Source of the DNA: Solirubrobacteraceae bacterium
Lineage (GTDB): Bacteria; Actinomycetota; Thermoleophilia; Solirubrobacterales; Solirubrobacteraceae
NCBI GenBank assembly: GCA_025934395.1
Contig: JAICYC010000002.1
Location: forward strand, 8,420 to 72,419
Reading direction: 5' to 3'
Length of the DNA stretch: 64,000 bases
Part shown: positions 59,540 through 64,000 of the stretch, piece after piece
Position numbering within the stretch: position 1 is the stretch's first letter
How the letters are laid out: each line of letters starts with the position of its first letter
Notes under the pieces: generated by a model
What the model was told of the DNA's origin: nothing
The model's database searches: none
The model's input: the letters and a program-made list of their open reading frames with translations, nothing else
Position numbers and translations under genes: made by a program

Positions 59540-62239
59540 TCAGTCGTAGCCGTTCCCGAGCTGCCGTTTGCGGCCTTCCTGGACCTCCCACGCGTCTTCC
59601 AGGACAGCCCTCGGGGTTTCGGGCCGGCGCCGGCGCCGCGCCGCACCCGTCGAGCCGATCGGCCCATCGGCGGACCGGTCGGCCGCCGGGCCGCCGGCAC
59701 CGTCGTGCGGCGTGCGAGACGCGTCCCTCGACGGGCCCTCCCGACGGTTCACCGACTGCGGCGGCGCGCCCTCCGAGCGCCGCACCCGCTCGCGACCGCC
59801 CGCACCGGGCCGACGACCGTGCGCCCCAGCCTGCGCTGAGGAGCTCGAGCTGACCAGATCGCCGCGCATGTCTGTGAGCTGCCGCCGGTGCGCCAGCTCC
59901 CGATCGATCTGCGCGCGGATCTCGCGTTGCCGGTCAGCGGTCAGGTGTTCGTATTCGCGGCGTCCGAGCCCAGCGAGCGAGGCGAGCCCCGCGTAGTCGC
60001 GCCTCCTCGCGCGATGTCCCGCCTCGGCGCGACCTGCCGCGGGGAGCGCAGCCTGCGAGTCGAGATAGGCGGAACGCGTCGCCGATCGCGACCCTCGCGC
60101 GGGGCGCGCGCGGCCAGCGCCGCCGCCGGGACCGGGCTCGCGCGCGGGGTCGTGGCGGGCAACGGCCCGTGCAGCTGAGAGCTCCGACTGCACGCTCGCG
60201 ATCGCGCGCTCCAAGCGCTCCCCGCGCACCTCGAGCGCCACTCTGCGACGAACGTCACCGCGGGACTGTGCGCGATGCTGCTCCTGCCTGATGCGTGCGA
60301 GGCGAGCCTTCAGCGCATCGACTCGCCGCGTGGCGTTCGGCGCGCCCGCCACGATCGCGCGCGCAGCGTTCTCGTCCGCATCGAGGGATCTGCGCGCCTG
60401 GTCATCGAGCTCGTTCGCGAGCGCCGGCGCGGATTCCCGCCCGGCCCGCGTCACCGGCGCCCCGGCGCCCGCCAGCGGCGTCGGTTCCGCTGCGCTCTTC
60501 TGCGCGCGACGACGCTCCCGTATGGCCTGCGCGGCGCGCTGCACGCGACTGCCGCCGAGCAGAGCGTCGCGTGTCTGCCGAAGGACGGACGCGTTGTGCG
60601 CCGCCCCCGGACGCTCCTGTGGCCTGACGAGCGAGTAGGCGAGGCCGCGCCGGAGGAACGCGATCCACCAGAACGCCGACGTCAGGAGCCACTGGATCCA
60701 CCATCCCACCGCGTTCATGTGCTGGATCGCAGCGCCGACGGCGAACACCACGCCGAGCAGGAACGCGAACACGACCTTGCCGACGAGCGCGCCGAGCAGA
60801 TGCGTCGCCCAACGTCGGAACAGCTCGCGGCCGACGCTTCCGAAGGCGGGCGCCAGCGCGATCGCCGGCGTGAGGAACAGCAGGAACAGGCTGTACAGGG
60901 CAGCGCCGAGCAGCCGCACGGCGATGAGGCCGATCAACAGGCCCATGCCGAGGAACCCCGCCGCGATCATCACCAGCCCGCCGAACCGAGCCCAGGTGCC
61001 ACCGTTCGTCCTGAATTCCGCCTGCGCCGCGGTGGGCCCGCGACAGTTGGTCGCTTCCGAGCTCGCACACAGCACCCGCAGCAACGTCCCTGTTTTGCTG
61101 ATCGAGTTCCGGGCCCATCCGTTCGCGGGCAGCGCGAGGAACACCTGCGCGTTGCTGCGAGCGCTGCGCAGGAGTTTCGCGCTCGTGCGCAGCGACTTCA
61201 CCTCGGCGGAGTTCCCCCCGGCGCACGGCAGCAGGTTGGGCGATTCGGGCTTGCAGGCCGAGAGGAGCAGCTCGGTGCCTGCGATCGCGAGGCCCGCCCG
61301 GTGCATGCGAGGGTCCAGACGCGACGGTTCGCGGCACCACGCGACGTCGCCGAACTCGAGATAGCACCACGGGCCTTCGACCGCGGTCGCGAACACCCCA
61401 CCGAGCCCCGCCGAGAGCGCGCTCCCCGACCGAGCAGGCGAGCCCTTTGCCGCGGCGGCGAGGGCCCCGAGGCTGGCTTCGTTGGCCCACGCGCCGACCG
61501 CGCCCACGGTGCCGACCGGATCCGCGATCACCCACAGCGAGCACGCGATCATCGACAGCGCGGCGAGCGCGTGCGCGACGCTCTCTGCGACGCGCCGCTT
61601 GATCAGGCCGTTGTACGTCGTCAGCACACTCGCGACCGCGAGCGCGAGCGCCAGCCCGGGGACCGTGAGGCTCGCCTGCATCTGCCGCAGCCCAGAGCCG
61701 ATGCTGCCGCCACCGATGCTGTCGAGCAGGTCGAGGGTGAACGCCCACTCGAGCATCACCAGCAACGCGTGGACGATCCACACGATCGCCATCCATGCGG
61801 GCGCGATCAGGATGTCCTGCACAGCGCTGAGCAGTCCTCCTTCGCTCAGCCCCAGGAACCCCGTGTCGATGTGTACGTCGACGCCGTAATCGCCCGTGGG
61901 ATCCGGCGCGGGCGCGAAACCCGACGCTTCGCAGTTGCGCGCATCGGCGGCTCCGCGTTCGACGCCGATCGCACCGGGCGCACACAGGGGGCTCGTCAGC
62001 CCGTTGCCCGCGAGCGGGTCGACGGCGTCGCCGCCGCTCGGTTCCTGAGGTGGCGTCTGCGCGCCCGCCAGCGGTGGACCGGAAGGCGCGGTGGTGCCCG
62101 ACGGCGGTGTCCTCGAGCGCGCGGGAGGCGAATCCGCGACCGGCCTTCCCGGCTGAGGCGCCGCGCCTGCGCCGGTCGCGCTCGCCGCGAGCAGGCCCGC
62201 CGCGACGAGCATCGTCGAGACCGCCGTGCGTCTGCTCAC
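59540..62239 (-). CDS. TrbL/VirB6-like polytopic membrane protein with a long Arg/Ala/Glu-rich C-terminal tail
   Basis: 899 aa, GTG start (GTGA overlap with the upstream stop). Signal peptide, Pro-rich segment, at least 6 hydrophobic helices between about aa 150 and 540, then a ~350-aa charged low-complexity tail. Confidence 0.65.
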   Translation of the reverse strand: MSRRTAVSTMLVAAGLLAASATGAGAAPQPGRPVADSPPARSRTPPSGTTAPSGPPLAGAQTPPQEPSGGDAVDPLAGNGLTSPLCAPGAIGVERGAADARNCEASGFAPAPDPTGDYGVDVHIDTGFLGLSEGGLLSAVQDILIAPAWMAIVWIVHALLVMLEWAFTLDLLDSIGGGSIGSGLRQMQASLTVPGLALALAVASVLTTYNGLIKRRVAESVAHALAALSMIACSLWVIADPVGTVGAVGAWANEASLGALAAAAKGSPARSGSALSAGLGGVFATAVEGPWCYLEFGDVAWCREPSRLDPRMHRAGLAIAGTELLLSACKPESPNLLPCAGGNSAEVKSLRTSAKLLRSARSNAQVFLALPANGWARNSISKTGTLLRVLCASSEATNCRGPTAAQAEFRTNGGTWARFGGLVMIAAGFLGMGLLIGLIAVRLLGAALYSLFLLFLTPAIALAPAFGSVGRELFRRWATHLLGALVGKVVFAFLLGVVFAVGAAIQHMNAVGWWIQWLLTSAFWWIAFLRRGLAYSLVRPQERPGAAHNASVLRQTRDALLGGSRVQRAAQAIRERRRAQKSAAEPTPLAGAGAPVTRAGRESAPALANELDDQARRSLDADENAARAIVAGAPNATRRVDALKARLARIRQEQHRAQSRGDVRRRVALEVRGERLERAIASVQSELSAARAVARHDPAREPGPGGGAGRARPARGSRSATRSAYLDSQAALPAAGRAEAGHRARRRDYAGLASLAGLGRREYEHLTADRQREIRAQIDRELAHRRQLTDMRGDLVSSSSSAQAGAHGRRPGAGGRERVRRSEGAPPQSVNRREGPSRDASRTPHDGAGGPAADRSADGPIGSTGAARRRRRPETPRAVLEDAWEVQEGRKRQLGNGYD

Positions 62240-64000
62240 GTCCGCGGCGGGGTGGTCGAGAACGCGCGCAGGATCTCCGGCACCACGACCTCCACCTGGA
62301 TCGCCTCGACCCGCCCGCGGTGATCGCGGAACAGGCAGCGGCCCGCCTCCATCTCCAGCAGGACACGGCGAAGGTGAGGGTCGCTCCCGTCGAGCCCCAG
62401 CAGCGAGAGGGCGCGACCCGCCTCCGAGTCCGATCGCATTCCGAAGACGAACGTGGAGCCGATCAGGTTGGCGAGCGACTCACGCTCACCCACGACGGCA
62501 TCGGTCACGAGCTGCGTGCTGATGATCGGCACCGCCAGCTCGGAGCGCCCCATCCGCTGGAGGTGCATCAACAGCGTCCTTCCCACCGGATCTGCGAGCA
62601 GCCGCCAGCCCTCGTCGAACGAGAAGACCTTCAGGCGGGAACGCTCGACGCTCATCAGGTGCGCCGCGAACATCGCGATCAAGCGCACGATCTGCTCGCC
62701 GACGCGCTCCGCCTGGGAGTAGTCCGCCCGCGGCACCGACGGATCCGGTGCAGGGAGGTCGCGGATCGGCAGGTATGTCACCTGTCGCTCGCCGAGCGCA
62801 GGCGGTGCGGTTCGGGCGTCGGCGAAGCCCAGCTGCGTCAGGCCCGATCGCGAGTAGATCGCAAGCGTCTCGCCCACCTGCATCTCCACGGGATCGCCCT
62901 GCACGAGCGCGTCCACCACATCTCCGCAGCTCGGCTGGGCCGAGCGGGACACCACGCGATCCACCGCAGCGAGCACCGCGGTCTCCCACGCAGCATCGGC
63001 CCGACCGGGCAGCAGGTCGCGCAGGAACGAGACCGCCGCGTCCTGCCGGAGATGCGAAGGCGCCACACGAAGCGGGTCGAGAAGCCCTCGCAGTGCAGGG
63101 TCTGGACGGAGCGTCACGCACTCCACGTGCGGCGCCACCTCGTCGAGCCGGTGAAACGCGTGGTCGCCCTTCGGGTCGCAGTCGATCACCCGCGCGCCGA
63201 GGAGAAACGCCTCGTAGAGAAGCTTCTGAGCGAGCGTCGTCTTGCCCGAACCGAGCGCGCCCACGCTGAGGATCGTCGTGTTGCGATCGTTCGCCGAGCC
63301 GTCGCGCAGGTCGAACAGCATCGGCTGACGCGACCCCGACAGCGAGTGGCCGAGGTAGAAGCCGCGGTCGGATCCCGCGGCGTGCGTGGCGGTCGGCATC
63401 ATCGCCGCCACCTGCTCGCTGGTGAGGATCGCGTCGTAGCCGCTCACCCTCGAGCGTTGTGCGGGCAGCTGCTGGAGGAACAGCTCCAGCTGGTCCCCCG
63501 GCGGCCGGTACAGACGCACCTCACCGTACGCGCGCCTGCACAACTCGACCCTGCGCTCCAGCTCGTCCTCGTCGCGGGCCGCAACCGCGAGGCTGATGGT
63601 CGTGCGCAGCAGCGGGGGACGGTTCGAGGCTTGCAGGTACGCCACGAGGTCGCGGGCCTCCTCGGTGCGCTCGATCCCGAGATCGGTCACACCCTGATCG
63701 CCGTCGGACTCCGCACGCGCGATCTGATCGGCGTCCTGGATGCGCCTTCGCGCGATACGCAACGCGAGCCCGTTGGGCAGGTAGCGCGCGCACAGCGCCA
63801 CGTCCACGCCGAAGTCGAGACGTTCGGGCGGCCTGAACATCCACTCCGCGTGCGCACCCGGGAACTGGTCGCGATCGGGAAGGGCGCCCATGACGAGCAT
63901 CGCCTGCCAGCTCCTGCCGAGCTCGGAGTCGATCTGCAGCGCGCGGCGCGTCTCCTTGACGGTGCCCTCCGCCCAGCGCATCACGTCCGCTTCGAGCGGG
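62236..64000 (-). CDS. VirB4/TraE-like conjugative-transfer ATPase (N-terminus possibly beyond the window)
   Basis: At least 582 aa. Walker A SVGALGSGKTT, Walker B-like KVFSFDEGW, and a motif-rich C-terminal half typical of T4SS VirB4-type ATPases of Gram-positive elements. The frame stays open to position 64000. Confidence 0.75.
   Translation of the reverse strand, partial: PLEADVMRWAEGTVKETRRALQIDSELGRSWQAMLVMGALPDRDQFPGAHAEWMFRPPERLDFGVDVALCARYLPNGLALRIARRRIQDADQIARAESDGDQGVTDLGIERTEEARDLVAYLQASNRPPLLRTTISLAVAARDEDELERRVELCRRAYGEVRLYRPPGDQLELFLQQLPAQRSRVSGYDAILTSEQVAAMMPTATHAAGSDRGFYLGHSLSGSRQPMLFDLRDGSANDRNTTILSVGALGSGKTTLAQKLLYEAFLLGARVIDCDPKGDHAFHRLDEVAPHVECVTLRPDPALRGLLDPLRVAPSHLRQDAAVSFLRDLLPGRADAAWETAVLAAVDRVVSRSAQPSCGDVVDALVQGDPVEMQVGETLAIYSRSGLTQLGFADARTAPPALGERQVTYLPIRDLPAPDPSVPRADYSQAERVGEQIVRLIAMFAAHLMSVERSRLKVFSFDEGWRLLADPVGRTLLMHLQRMGRSELAVPIISTQLVTDAVVGERESLANLIGSTFVFGMRSDSEAGRALSLLGLDGSDPHLRRVLLEMEAGRCLFRDHRGRVEAIQVEVVVPEILRAFSTTPPRT

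Larger units (their letters stand above)
58393..64000 (-). mobile_element. partial conjugative type IV secretion module (integrative conjugative element or conjugative-plasmid remnant); boundaries not visible
   Basis: Three consecutive, overlapping minus-strand genes: VirB4-like ATPase, TrbL/VirB6-like protein and SLT+NlpC/P60 hydrolase. No integrase, relaxase, coupling protein or att repeats inside the window. Confidence 0.6.

Overview
This is a very GC-rich, gene-dense bacterial chromosome segment. Frequent GTG/TTG starts, a Gram-positive-type LexA box and a Rho with an R/G/D/E-rich insert suggest Actinomycetota, but the lineage cannot be fixed from the sequence.

I support about 60 protein genes. 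Most are housekeeping: tsaE-tsaB-rimI-tsaD, udg, panC-panD-panB, uvrA, uvrB, coaE, rpsA, polA, malic enzyme, rho, folP, glpD, pntAA-pntAB-pntB and clpP. I saw no rRNA, tRNA, CRISPR array, transposase or integrase.

Three regions stand out:
1. **47.35-54.69 kb, minus strand.** A textbook cobalamin riboswitch precedes a six-gene operon. It encodes three exported DUF4430 (transcobalamin beta-domain-like) proteins, EcfT, a fused double EcfA ATPase, and an ECF S-component-like membrane module fused to an extracytoplasmic prenyltransferase-like alpha/alpha-toroid domain. I read this as a possibly undescribed split-transcobalamin-like corrinoid capture and uptake system. A PduO-type adenosyltransferase gene lies next to it.
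2. **31.4-37.5 kb.** A KdpE-like regulator and an N-terminally truncated KdpD-like kinase are flanked by two paralogous APC-superfamily transporters with C-terminal Usp domains. There is no kdpFABC in the window, and 11-bp-phased direct repeats sit in front of one transporter.
3. **58.4-64.0 kb.** A fragment of a conjugative T4SS module (VirB4-like ATPase, TrbL/VirB6-like protein, SLT+NlpC/P60 hydrolase) sits next to a RES-Xre toxin-antitoxin pair.

Many adjacent genes overlap by 4 nt (ATGA/GTGA/TTGA). Several genes have a TANNNT hexamer 6-9 nt upstream of the start codon, which suggests leaderless mRNAs. Many long ORFs in the track are antisense or out-of-frame GC artefacts.

CDS ends follow the ORF track, and I re-picked the starts. 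Small sites were read by eye and may be off by 1-2 nt.
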